From an uncultured delta proteobacterium (GTDB taxonomy: Bacteria > Desulfobacterota > Desulfobaccia > Desulfobaccales > 0-14-0-80-60-11), in contig CAVZAM010000007.1 in assembly GCA_963773285.1 (NCBI GenBank), positions 17,634 to 81,633 on the forward strand: 64,000 bases of DNA, read 5' to 3'. Positions 29,943-40,606 of this stretch are shown here, piece by piece. The notes under the pieces were generated by a model. It searched no databases. It was not told the origin of the DNA and saw nothing but the letters and a program-made list of their open reading frames with translations. The position numbers were made by a program, and so were the translations under genes. Each line of letters begins with the position of its first letter. Position 1 is the first letter of the stretch.

Positions 29943-31952
29943 TTACTGCCGTTTGGGGGGGTGACTTTCCCGGGGGTGGGGGGTCTTTATCCCATCGTCA
30001 AGGTGCAGCAGACAGGTCTGGAGCCTTTTCACTTCCTGGGCGTGCTCCTGCATGGAGACCTCCAGCAGGTCCCTGAATAAACCAGGCCGGCACACCAGTT
30101 CGCCCGAAGGACCCTCCTCGACAAACTTGCCCTGTTCCAGGCAGCAGATCCAATCGGCAAATTGAGAAATGAAGGCCACATCGTGGTCCACCAGGAGGAC
30201 CGTCAGGCCCCGGCAGATTTCCCGCAAGACTTCGGCCACCTGGGCCCGGCCAATGGCGTCAATGCCGGTGGTGGGCTCATCGAGCAGCAGGATGGCGGGG
30301 TGCAAAAGAAAAGCCCGGGTCACGGCCAACAACCGTCGCTGCCCCCCTGACAGCCCTTCACTGGCGGACCTGGGCAGGTGATAATCCAGGGGGTCGCTTG
30401 ACCCGGCGGCCTGTTCCAGGACCTCCCACAGGCTGGTGCGGCGGCAGGCCTCCTCCAGTTCGGCATCCGTGGCGTCGGCCTTGGCGAGCTTGAGATTGGC
30501 GCGGATGGAACCGGTCACAAAGAGGGGAAACTGGGAAACCTTGACCACGTGGCGGCGCAGGGTGGCCAGGGTGACGGTGCTGATATCCTGGCCGTCGATC
30601 AGGATGCGGCCGCCCTGGGGGTCCCGCAACCGGGCCATCAGGTTGAGGAGGGTAGTTTTCCCCATCCCTGCCCGGGCCACGATGGCCGTTACCTTGCCCG
30701 GGGCAAAGGTGTAGCTGAGATCGTCCAGGATCTTGGGACCCTCGGGGTTGTAGGCAAAGTCTAAATGTTCCATCGCCAGGACGCCTTGCCGGGGGACCAG
30801 GGGAGTGGCGTCGGCCTTCTCCTGCACCTCCGGCTCCGTTTCCAGAATTTCCACCACTTTTTCCACCTGGGGCCAGGAGGTTTGCAGGCCGGTGAAGAAC
30901 TGCATCAGTTCCTGCAGAGGGTTCACAGCCTCGGGCACGAAATAGTAAATCCCCAGAATGGCCCCGGCCGCGGCCGGATCTCCTGATTTCAGGGCATAAA
31001 AAATCCCGTAGATGAGAAAGACCGCCTGCAGGAGGATCGGGGTGCTGATCTGGAACTGGAAGGCAATTTCGTTGCGCAGGAAAGCCGACATGGTGTGGCG
31101 GATGAAAATTTTCAGGCGGTCCCCGTAGGCCTGAGACCGCTGCGACTCCGCCCCCATAAGCTGCACTTCCAGGGGCAGGGCGGCTGAGTTGGAAAACTCG
31201 TTGGCCAGGGCCATCTGGCTGTCCCTTACCCTGGCATAGGCGTGGCGCAGCTTCAGGGACAACCACCACCCCCCCAGCGGCAAAATAAAGATGGTGGCGA
31301 TCAGGCTGGCCTGGATCCAGACCGGGGGGTTGCCCATCATGGAAAAATTGTTGACCAGGAAAATTACCGCGGTAATCATGCCCGCCCCTCGAATCACCGG
31401 GAAGGAAACCACATCCCGCAGCAGTATTTGGCTGTCCGAGGAAAACCGGGTGACGATAAGCATGGTTTCACCCAGTTCATGGGAATGGTGGTAGGTGGGG
31501 CCCAGGTTGATGAGCTTGTCGTGCAGGCGCTGCTGCAAATTGGCCGCCATGAGGTTGTTCGACCAGGTCAGGGCCAGGCGTTCCAAAAACTTGGCAAGAA
31601 TGAGGAAGATGGTCAGGGAGCCAAAAATAATGGCCGCGGTTTGCAGGTTGTCGGGGAGCAGGGGGGCCAGGAAACCCTTCTGCATGGCCTCCTTGCCGCT
31701 GAGCCCCGCCACCATGGTCGCCAGAACCTGGACGTTGTACTGGGTCAGGAGTTGCCCCACCAGAGGCAGGATAATCCCCAGGATAAACCACCCCAGCGCG
31801 GCAGACACCACATACCAGCCCCACCGGATGAGTTTCCGGTAAGGCACCGGCTCTGACTTCGGCTCGGTTATGTCACCCCAGGGCTGGCCGTTGGGAGGGA
31901 GCTTCTCGGCAGCGGCGGCCTCTTTGCTTTTAATCTCTTTGTTGTCCTTCAT
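29943..31952 (-). CDS. ABC exporter, fused TMD-NBD
   Basis: TM region, ARAGMGKT Walker A variant, LSGGQ, LLLDEPT; start reset to ATG 31952. Confidence 0.9.
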   Translation of the reverse strand: MKDNKEIKSKEAAAAEKLPPNGQPWGDITEPKSEPVPYRKLIRWGWYVVSAALGWFILGIILPLVGQLLTQYNVQVLATMVAGLSGKEAMQKGFLAPLLPDNLQTAAIIFGSLTIFLILAKFLERLALTWSNNLMAANLQQRLHDKLINLGPTYHHSHELGETMLIVTRFSSDSQILLRDVVSFPVIRGAGMITAVIFLVNNFSMMGNPPVWIQASLIATIFILPLGGWWLSLKLRHAYARVRDSQMALANEFSNSAALPLEVQLMGAESQRSQAYGDRLKIFIRHTMSAFLRNEIAFQFQISTPILLQAVFLIYGIFYALKSGDPAAAGAILGIYYFVPEAVNPLQELMQFFTGLQTSWPQVEKVVEILETEPEVQEKADATPLVPRQGVLAMEHLDFAYNPEGPKILDDLSYTFAPGKVTAIVARAGMGKTTLLNLMARLRDPQGGRILIDGQDISTVTLATLRRHVVKVSQFPLFVTGSIRANLKLAKADATDAELEEACRRTSLWEVLEQAAGSSDPLDYHLPRSASEGLSGGQRRLLAVTRAFLLHPAILLLDEPTTGIDAIGRAQVAEVLREICRGLTVLLVDHDVAFISQFADWICCLEQGKFVEEGPSGELVCRPGLFRDLLEVSMQEHAQEVKRLQTCLLHLDDGIKTPHPRESHPPKRQ

Positions 31953-32370
31953 CGAGCCTGGTCCCGGAGTGTTGGTTATCGCGTTTTTTGGGGGGAAAGT
32001 CCAGTAATGGCCCTGCTGGCCGATTCTTTGAGCTTGATCCGCCATGGCAAGACCCACGACAGGTAGTAATAAGATAGCACCATTTCCCGCCGCATCAAGA
32101 GGGAGATTGCTTAATTCGGACGCGAGGCGCGGCACGTTACCACGCGGCCAGGTTACCGGATCGAGGGCTTGCGCACCAGTGGCGCTCAAAAGATACGGTC
32201 GTGGTCCATGCGGAATGGGCAATAATGAAGTGGACAGGCAAGGTTCCCGGAATTATATTTTTGAGGACAGGCAGGAGGGATTTTAGCAAAGTCTCCCGCT
32301 GCCAAGGGTCTCCAGACCGTGGTTGCCGGCGCCCGTTACTATATCACTCATAGGTTCCCGGAGTCTATAA

Positions 32371-34268
32371 ATGGCAGCTGATTCCTCCCCCAAAACTGAA
32401 ACTCCGAAGGATGGCGCACCTGAACATCTGGGCGGCCCCTGGGAGCTCTACCGCGAACTCTGGCGTTTACTGGCCGGGAAGCGAGGCGCGATTTTTTGGG
32501 CCTTGGCCCTCCTGGTGTCAGGCCAGGTGGTCAAGCTCGCCCTGCCGTATCTCGCGGCCCAGGCCATCAATGCCATCCAGATGGCGGGGCCGGATTACCT
32601 GCGCCAGGCCGGTTATTATCTCATCGCGGTGTTCGGGGCTTACGTCCTCAGCTGGATGCTGCACGGCCCCGGCAGGGTTATCGAGCGCAAGCTGGCCATG
32701 TACCTGCGGGAAAAGCTGGCCGACGAGCTCACCGGCAAACTCCTCACGGCACCCCTGGCCTGGCATGAGAAAAGCCACTCCGGGGAGACCACCCACCGCG
32801 TCCTGCAGAGCACCCGCGCCCTCTATGACTTTGCCCAGACCCAGTTTATTTATGTGCAAAACGTCATCAGCCTCGTCGGCCCCATCATTGCCCTGTTTAT
32901 CCTGTCCAAGGCCACCGGGGTTGCCGCGTTCATCGGCTATGCCTTCATCGCCGGCATCATCATTTACATCGACCAGGGGATGATGCGCCTGTCGGTGGTG
33001 GAAAACACCGCGGAACGGCGCTACCAGGCGGCCCTGGTGGATACCCTGGGCAACATCGTTTCCGTCTTTGCCCTGCGCCTGGAGGCGGCCACCCAGAAGC
33101 TCCTGGGGTCCCGGCTGGCCATGGTCTTTGTGCCCATGAAGCGCTACATCGTGCTCAAGAAGCCAAGTGGTGCGCAGTGGACCTGCTGAGCGCGGCGCTG
33201 TGGTGCTCCCTGGTGGCCCTGTATGCCTGGCTGGCCCGGGGTGGGGCCGGCGGCACCGCCAAGCCGATCCTCATCGGCAACGTCTTCATGGTCTACCAGT
33301 ACACCCAGCAGGCGGGCGGCGTCATCAGCGCCATTGCAGCCTTCTACCAGATGTTCACCCGGCACCAGGTCGATTTTGCCAGCGCGCATCCCATTCAGGA
33401 GGCCGAGACCGACACCTCCCGCCTGATGCCGGCCCCCCCGGATGTGGGTAACATGCTCAAATCCTGGAACACCATCGATTTAGAGGGCCTGACTTTCACG
33501 CACCTGCGCAGCCACTCCGAGGGACCGGTCCTGGATAACATCAACCTGCGGCTGCGGCGCGGGAAAAGCCTTGCCCTGGTGGGCGAAAGCGGCTCGGGGA
33601 AAAGCACCTTGATGCGGGCCCTGGCGGGTCTGTACCAGCCGCAGCACATCGACATCCGCATTGACGGCAATCCCGCCCACGACCTGCGTGACCTCCACGA
33701 CATCGCCACCCTCATCCCCCAGGACGCCGAGATTTTCGAAGACACGCTCCGGCAAAACCTGACCATGGGCATGGACTGCCCCCCCTGGGCCCTGGACGCG
33801 GCCATCGAGGCGGCCCGCCTGAAACCCCTCATAGAAACGCTCCCCGACGGCATCGACACCTTCATCGTGGAGCGGGGCGCCAATTTCTCCGGCGGCCAGA
33901 AACAGCGCATCGCTTTAGCCCGGGGACTCATCGCGGCCCGGGATTCATCCATGCTTTTCCTGGATGAGCCCACCTCCAACCTCGACGCCGCCACCGAGGC
34001 CGTGGTGCATGAGCGCATTTTCCAGCTGTTTCGGGATGCCTGCGTGGTGTCCTCGGTGCACCGGCCCCACCTGCTGACGCGCTTTGACGAGGTGGTGTTC
34101 ATGGAGCACGGGCGCATCATCGACATAGGCACCGTCCGTGAGTTGGAAAAGCGCCATCCCAAGTTCAGGGTCTCCCTGGAAAAGGCCTCGGCGGCTGCCG
34201 CACAGAGAGAGGCCGAGGCGAAAAAGGCTCTGGAGGGAGGGGAGCAAAGCGAGGTTGATGAGCTTTAG
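32371..34268 (+). CDS. ABC exporter, fused TMD-NBD; frameshift near 33165
   Basis: TMD in 32371-33189 continues into 33177-34268 with GESGSGKS, FSGGQ, FLDEPT. Confidence 0.88.
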
Positions 34269-34274
34269 GGGCTG

Positions 34275-34800
34275 ACAAAAATTTTTCTTGAGATCCCATG
34301 GATGTGCGCATAAAAACCATGACCGAGGCAGTGGGCATGAGACCGCCAGGCCAAGCGGGTGCGGGTGCGGCATCTTACGACCGGTGCGGAAGAAGAACTG
34401 CCCTATGACAAGCTGGTCCTGGCCACCGGGCGCCGGGCCCAGGCCCTAACCATGCCCGGCGCTGATCTTCCCGGGGTGACAGGGGTGGCGACCCTCCGGC
34501 AGGCCGAGGCGGTCAAGTCGGAGCTGTCCCGGGGCCAGGTGGAAAAAGCCGTGGTGGTGGGCGCCGGTCCCCGGGGCCTGGAAATGACCGCGGCGCTGAG
34601 CGATTTGTGGGGTGTGGAAACCGCGCTGGTGGAGGCGGCCTCCCAGGTGCTGCCGGGGCTTTTGGACCCGTCCCTGGCCCGCATGGTGCAGCATGAGGTT
34701 ACCAACCGGGGCGTGGAGGTGTTCCTCGAGGAGACGGTTCAGGAAATTCAGGCCGCCACAGGGAAGCATGCCCTGAAGATCGTCACCTCCGGGCGACGAC
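34275..34800 (+). pseudogene. Internal fragment of FAD-dependent NADH oxidase/CoA-disulfide reductase
   Basis: LPYDKLVLATG, VVVGAGPRGLEM; no N-terminal FAD motif and no C-terminal domain. Confidence 0.8.
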
Positions 34801-34835
34801 TCAGTCAGAAAAGCAAACGCTGTTCTGGTTAAGCC

Positions 34836-35475
34836 ATGAAGAAGGTTCTCAATAAAATTGCCAAGTACTTGCTTGATCTCTCCGGCTTTGGCCCTCATAT
34901 TTTCCTATCTATGTAATGAGAGAAGCTCAATGAGATTCACCTGAGTGAAGACCTCTTGCAGCTTATTGCTGTGACTATAAAGCGAAAGGCGCCTTGTAAC
35001 TTATTAATATTCGGCTTAGGCAACGACAGCGTGTTTTGGCATAAGCTCAATCGAGGCGGGGTGACGGTATTTTTAGAAGATAATCTAGACTGGTACAATA
35101 AAATTACCTCCCAATCACAATATCTAAACGCTTTTCTGGTTAATTACCATACCAAAAGAGGTGATTGGCGGGTACTGCTTGATTCTCCTGCTTTATTGGA
35201 GATGACTTTACCTGAAAAGGTAGAAAATGAAGCATGGGACATTATCCTGGTAGATGCTCCCCAAGGCCGGTGATCAAACTCCTGGCCGGATGAAAAGTAT
35301 TTATCATGCTTCACGACTGGTTAAAAATTTTGGTGATGTATTCGTCCACGACTGTCACCGGGAAGTTGAAGATGTTTATTCAACTACATTTATAAAGAAG
35401 GAAAATTTAGTTACGGAAATAAAATCACCGACCGGATTCTTGCGGCATTACCACCTAACCCATCGTTCCATCTGA
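34836..35475 (+). CDS. DUF579 (GXM/IRX15-like) polysaccharide methyltransferase homolog; stops at 34914-34919 and frameshift near 35268
   Basis: PCNLLIFGLGNDS.FW..LN.GG.TVFLED, WDIILVDAP.G, PGRM.SIY, DVFVHD..R.VE, LRHY. Confidence 0.78.
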
Positions 35476-35605
35476 TTCTATCACGTCTTACAGATCCCTC
35501 AGGACCTGCGTGCATATGCTCAAGAAGCTGCAGTTCTGCATAGGAGGGGTTCAGGTAAAAGTCCGCCTCATCAGTCCGTAACCGCTTTAAAAAGGAGGAT
35601 GGCGT

Positions 35606-38051
35606 ATGGCAACTCCCGACCAGCAACCGTCGCTAATGCAGGGAATCGAGGGCATCAGCGCTTATGGTCCGGCCCGGGCCACGATTAAGGGGACCCCGCT
35701 CGGCGCGGCTGAGCTGCGCCAGATCGACGCCTACTGGCAGACGAGCCTCTACCTGTGCCTGGGGATGCTGTATCTCTGGGACAATCCCTTGCTCAAAGAG
35801 CCCCTGGCCCTGGAGCATATCAAGCCGCGCTTGCTGGGCCACTGGGGTTCGGACGCCGGCCAGTGCTTCACCTATATTCACTTCAACCGCCTGATCAACA
35901 AGTACGACTTAAACGCCATCTATATCTCGGGCCCCGGCCACGGGGCGCCGGCGGTCTTGTCTCAGGCCTATCTCGAGGGCACCTACGCTGAGGTCTACCC
36001 GGACAAAAGTGAAGACCTGGCGGGGCTGCAGCGCTTCTTCAAGCAGTTCTCCTTCCCGGGGGGCATCGGCAGCCACGCCACCCCGGAAACCCCGGGCAGC
36101 ATCCACGAGGGCGGCGAACTGGGCTACAGCCTGTCCCACGCCTTTGGCACCGTCTTCGACCACCCGGACCTGATCACCCTGGTGATGGTGGGGGACGGCG
36201 AGTCCGAGACCGGTCCCCTGGCCACGAGCTGGCACAGCAACAAGTTCCTCAACCCCATCACCGACGGCGCGGTGCTGCCGGTCCTGCACCTCAACGGCTA
36301 CAAGATCAACAACCCCACCGTCCTGGCCCGCATCAGCCACGAGGAGCTGGAGCACCTGTTCATCGGCTACGGGTACACCCCGTATTTCGTGGAGGGAAGC
36401 GATCCCGAGAGCATGCACCAGGCCATGGCCGCCACCCTGGAACACTGCGTTCTGGAAATCCGCAGGTTTCAAGGAGGAGGCCCGGCAGACCGGGAAGGCC
36501 TTCCGGCCGCGCTGGCCCGTGGTCATCCTTCGCACCCCCAAGGGCTGGACCGCGCCCCGGCAGGTGGACGGGCACTACCTGGAGGGCTTCTGGCGGGCCC
36601 ACCAGATCCCCATCCCGGATGTCGCCACCAACCCGGCCCACCTGAAGCTCCTCGAAACCTGGATGCGCAGCTACAAGCCGGAGGAGCGTTTTGACGAGCA
36701 GGGGCGTTTGATCCCCGAACTGAAGGCCCTGGCCCCCCAGGGGAACCGGCGCATGAGCGCCAACCCCGTGGCCAACGGCGGACTTCTGCGGCGGCCCCTG
36801 GATATGCCGGACTTCCGCCAGTTCGCCGTCGAGGTGGCGAGCCCCGGCAAGACCATGGCCGGGAACGTCCCCACCCTGGGCATCCTGCTGCGGGAGGTGA
36901 TGCGGCTGAACCTACAGAACTTCCGGGTCTTCGGGCCGGACGAGACCCAATCCAACAAGCTCGAAACCATCTACCAGGTCACCAAGAAAGTCTGGCTGGG
37001 GGAGTACTTCCCCGAAGATGCCGACGGCGGCGAACTGGCCCTGAGCGGCCGGGTCATGGAGATGCTCAGCGAGCACACCGTGGAGGGGTGGCTGGAGGGC
37101 TATATCCTGAGCGGCCGGCACGGCTTCATCAACAGCTATGAGTCCTTCATCCACATCATCGACTCCATGTTCAACCAGCACGCCAAGTGGCTGGAAAAGT
37201 GCAACGAAATCCCCTGGCGGGCTAAGGTGGCCTCACTCAACCTCCTGATCACCGCGCTGGTCTGGCGCCAGGACCACAACGGCTTCACCCATCAGGACCC
37301 CGGTTTTCTGGACGTCGTCGCCAACAAGAGCCCCGGCGTGGTGCGCATCTACCTGCCCCCCGACGCCAACTGCCTGCTGTCCGTGGCCGATCACTGCCTG
37401 CGCAGCCTGAACTACGTCAACGTCATCGTCGCCGACAAACAGGGACACCTGCAGTACCTGGACATGGACGCGGCCATGGCGCACTGCACCAAGGGCGCCG
37501 GCATTTGGGACTGGGCCAGCAACGACCAGGGCGCCGAGCCCGACGTGGTCATGGCCAGTTGCGGCGACGTCCCCACCATGGAATCCCTGGCCGCCACCGC
37601 TCTGCTTCGCCAGCAACTGCCCGGTATCAAAGTCCGCTTCGTGAACGTCGTGGACCTGTTCAAGCTGGGGCCGAACACCGAGCACCCCCACGGCATGACG
37701 GACCGTGAGTTCGAGGCCCTGTTCACCTCCACCAAGCCGGTGGTTTTCAACTTTCACTCCTACCCCTGGCTGATCCACCGCCTGACCTACCGCCGGCCCG
37801 GACAGCACCACCTCCACGTGCGCGGTTATAAGGAGCAGGGCAACATCAACACGCCCCTGGAGCTGGCCATCCGCAACCAGACCGACCGCTTCAGCCTGGC
37901 CATTGACGCCATCGACCGCATTCCCCGGTTTTGTGAGACCGGGTCAAGCGTCAGAGAGGCCCTGCTTGACCAGCAGATCGCCTGTAAGAACCACGCCTAC
38001 GAGTTCGGCGTGGACCGGCCGGACATCACCGACTGGAAGTGGCCCTTATAG
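35606..38051 (+). CDS. xfp: Phosphoketolase XFP; frameshift near 36470
   Basis: [50 protein letters not shown]. Confidence 0.95.
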
Positions 38052-38092
38052 AGGAGAATCAACATGCCGGCCAGCCCGTCGCATGGGGGATT

Positions 38093-39283
38093 ATGCGTAA
38101 TTCAAGCCACATCCTGACCATCAACAGCGGTTCTTCCAGCATCAAATTTTCCCTGTATGTGTTGGGGGCGAGCGAGCGCCTCGTCTTGGCAGGGGAGGTG
38201 GGGAGGATAGGGCTCGGCCAGGGGTTCCTGCAGGCCAAGGATCACACCGGCAAGCAGCTAATTGCTCAAGAACAAAACCTGCCGGATCATGAAGCCGCCT
38301 TCAAAACCCTCTTCGCTTGGCTGCAGGGCCATGCCGTCGGCAAAGATCTGGACGCGGTGGGGCACCGGCTGGTGCATGGCGGCCCGGCCCATGTCAAGCC
38401 GCAGCCAGTGTCTGCCGCCTTGATTGCGGACCTGAAACAACTGATTCCCCTGGCCCCTGACCACCTCCCCGATGAAATTCAAGCGCTGGAGGCAGTGCAC
38501 CGGCATTTCCCGAAGCTCCCGCAAGTTGCCTGCTTCGACACGGCCTTCCATCGCCACATGCCCGAAGTGGCCCAGAGATATGCCCTGCCCGGGTCGTTAT
38601 TCCACGAGGGACTGCGGCGCTATGGCTTTCACGGGCTTTCCTACGAATATATCCTGAGGGAGTTGCGCCGCGAGGCTGGCGCACCGGCCGCGTCCGGCAA
38701 GGTTATCATTGCCCACCTGGGCAATGGTGCCAGCATGGCGGCCATCGAGGGCGGCCGGAGCCTGGACACCACCATGGGACTGACGCCCACCGGCGGCCTG
38801 GTGATGGGCACCAGGGCGGGCGACCTGGACCCGGGGGTGATGCTTTATTTGCTTCAGGAAAAGGGGATATCCCCGGACGCGCTCAATCAGCTGGTCAATC
38901 ACCAGGCGGGCCTGTTGGGGGCCTCGGGCATCAGCTCTGACATGCACGACCTGTTGGCGCAGGAGGGCACCGATGCCAATGCTGCCCTGGCCGTAGAGCT
39001 TTTCTGTCACCAGGCCAGGAAATTCGCGGGGGCCCTGGCCGCGGTTCTGGGCGGACTTGACACCCTGGTCTTTACCGGGGGCATCGGTGAAAACGCCAGC
39101 GTCATCCGGGCCCGCATCTGTGCGCCTCTGGTCTTTCTCGGCGTCCATCTGGACCCCGACTTAAATGAGCAAAATCAACCGGTCATTTCGATGAAAACCA
39201 GTCCGGTCGTCGTCAGGGTCATAAAAACCAATGAGGAACTGATGATTGCCCGGCATACCCGGGAGCTTCTGGCGAACCCATGA
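38093..39283 (+). CDS. ackA: Acetate/propionate kinase
   Basis: INSGSSSIK, GHRLVHGG, FDTAFH, YGFHGLS, HLGNGAS, FTGGIGEN, TNEE. Confidence 0.96.
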   Translation: MRNSSHILTINSGSSSIKFSLYVLGASERLVLAGEVGRIGLGQGFLQAKDHTGKQLIAQEQNLPDHEAAFKTLFAWLQGHAVGKDLDAVGHRLVHGGPAHVKPQPVSAALIADLKQLIPLAPDHLPDEIQALEAVHRHFPKLPQVACFDTAFHRHMPEVAQRYALPGSLFHEGLRRYGFHGLSYEYILRELRREAGAPAASGKVIIAHLGNGASMAAIEGGRSLDTTMGLTPTGGLVMGTRAGDLDPGVMLYLLQEKGISPDALNQLVNHQAGLLGASGISSDMHDLLAQEGTDANAALAVELFCHQARKFAGALAAVLGGLDTLVFTGGIGENASVIRARICAPLVFLGVHLDPDLNEQNQPVISMKTSPVVVRVIKTNEELMIARHTRELLANP

Positions 39284-39312
39284 GGACCCAGCCCGTCACA
39301 TCCCCGGCGGCG

Positions 39313-39339
39313 GGGCCGCCCCTGTTAAAGAGGCGGCCC
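39313..39339. terminator. GC hairpin between convergent genes
   Basis: GGGCCGCC-N11-GGCGGCCC; no U tract. Confidence 0.4.
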
Positions 39340-39342
39340 GGG

Positions 39343-40413
39343 TCAGTGGAGCCGGCCCGGCGTGACGCCTAAGGCTGCCCTGGCGGCGGCGGCACTTTCT
39401 TCTCTTGCGTGTTGCTGTTTTTGTTGCTGTTGCTGATGTTGTTGCGGCTGTATCTGCTGCTGTTGCTGATGTTGCTGTGGCTGTAACTGTTGTTGCTGCT
39501 GTTGTGGCTGCGGCTGCGGCGCCCGTTGGATCTGTTGCTGCTGGTGCTGCTGGTGCTGCTGATATTGCTGTTGTTGAGGCTGCGACTGCGGTGCCGGCTG
39601 GATCTGCCGCGGCGGCTGTGGCTGCGTCTGTTGTTGTTGGAGTTGCTGCTCCCGATGGTGCTGCTGCTCCCGTTGGCGCTGTTGTTGTTGCTGCTGCTGC
39701 TGTTGCCCAGGGACAGGTCTTGGTCCCTGGGGTGGGGCTGCCTGGGCGGGACCCGCTCCCCGTCCCTCCGGCTGGGTCACTTGACCGGGGTATGGTCTCC
39801 GTCGCTCAGGGGAGGGCGCCTGGGAAGGATGGGTCTCCTGGTAAGGACCGGGTCTGCGTCCTTCAGGCGGGGGCATTTGAGGAGGGACTTGCCGCCGTCC
39901 CTCGGGTTGGGGGCTTGCAGGTGCACCATGGAAGCCTTTCTGCCACCCGGCGCCCTGGCCGGGATGATACCTGTTATAGAAATTCTGGTCATAATGCTGA
40001 CCATAATGGTGGGTGCGCCAATAGGGGTATCTTTGCGTAAAAGTCTGCACATATTGAGGATGTTGTTGATACCAGTTATTCCACCTCGCCTCATACCAGT
40101 GAGCCGGTCTCACAATATAAGTGGTAGGATAAGCATAATACGGCGCCCATCCATAGCGATCGCCGTAATTATAATACAGCAAGCCGTTTAAGAACCAATC
40201 TCCCTGGTAATAGATCCAGGGCGTATTGGGCCCAACCCACGGTGTCGCGTAAGAATACTGGGGCGGGGGTGCCTCGTAAGTGCCCCCATAATACGGAGTT
40301 GATGGGGCTATTCCAGCATTTGGGCTCACACAGCCGACCACGGTCAGGGTGCTGATCAACAAGATTGACGCCCAGGATAACATGGCCACGTTGACTTCCT
40401 TACATCTTCCCAT
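39343..40413 (-). CDS. Putative lipoprotein with Tyr/Trp/Pro-rich domain and polyQ tail
   Basis: Lipobox TVVGC; aromatic-rich region; PEGRR-like repeats; about 100-aa Q/H/P tract. Start could be 40383. Confidence 0.75.
   Translation of the reverse strand: MGRCKEVNVAMLSWASILLISTLTVVGCVSPNAGIAPSTPYYGGTYEAPPPQYSYATPWVGPNTPWIYYQGDWFLNGLLYYNYGDRYGWAPYYAYPTTYIVRPAHWYEARWNNWYQQHPQYVQTFTQRYPYWRTHHYGQHYDQNFYNRYHPGQGAGWQKGFHGAPASPQPEGRRQVPPQMPPPEGRRPGPYQETHPSQAPSPERRRPYPGQVTQPEGRGAGPAQAAPPQGPRPVPGQQQQQQQQQRQREQQHHREQQLQQQQTQPQPPRQIQPAPQSQPQQQQYQQHQQHQQQQIQRAPQPQPQQQQQQLQPQQHQQQQQIQPQQHQQQQQKQQHAREESAAAARAALGVTPGRLH
39410..39705 (-). repeat. CAG/CAA-rich coding trinucleotide tract
   Basis: Runs of tgc/tgt on the plus strand encoding Gln on the minus strand. 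Confidence 0.9.
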
Positions 40414-40606
40414 TGCTTCTCCATTAGCCTTGCCTAAGGGTATTTTCGCTAACGGCCGTCATGACCAGGCCCGGAGCCCTTTCCCGGCCACCCGGCTGCC
40501 AGTCGCCGCTTAATGGTTTAGATGGACCCCCCGGGCCATGTGTTAGGCCCTTACCAGCCAGGGAGATAATATTTTTAACTTTCGCATATTGCAAGTCTTG
40601 GACAGG

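Noticed and set aside
39347-39360. TGGAGCCGGC match to the tRNA-Thr 3' end as an att site
   Set aside because: Only 10 bp exact, GC-rich and inside an ORF end; compatible with chance.
39410-39705. CRISPR or non-coding satellite
   Set aside because: It is a coding trinucleotide tract. No repeat-spacer array or cas gene was seen anywhere in the window.
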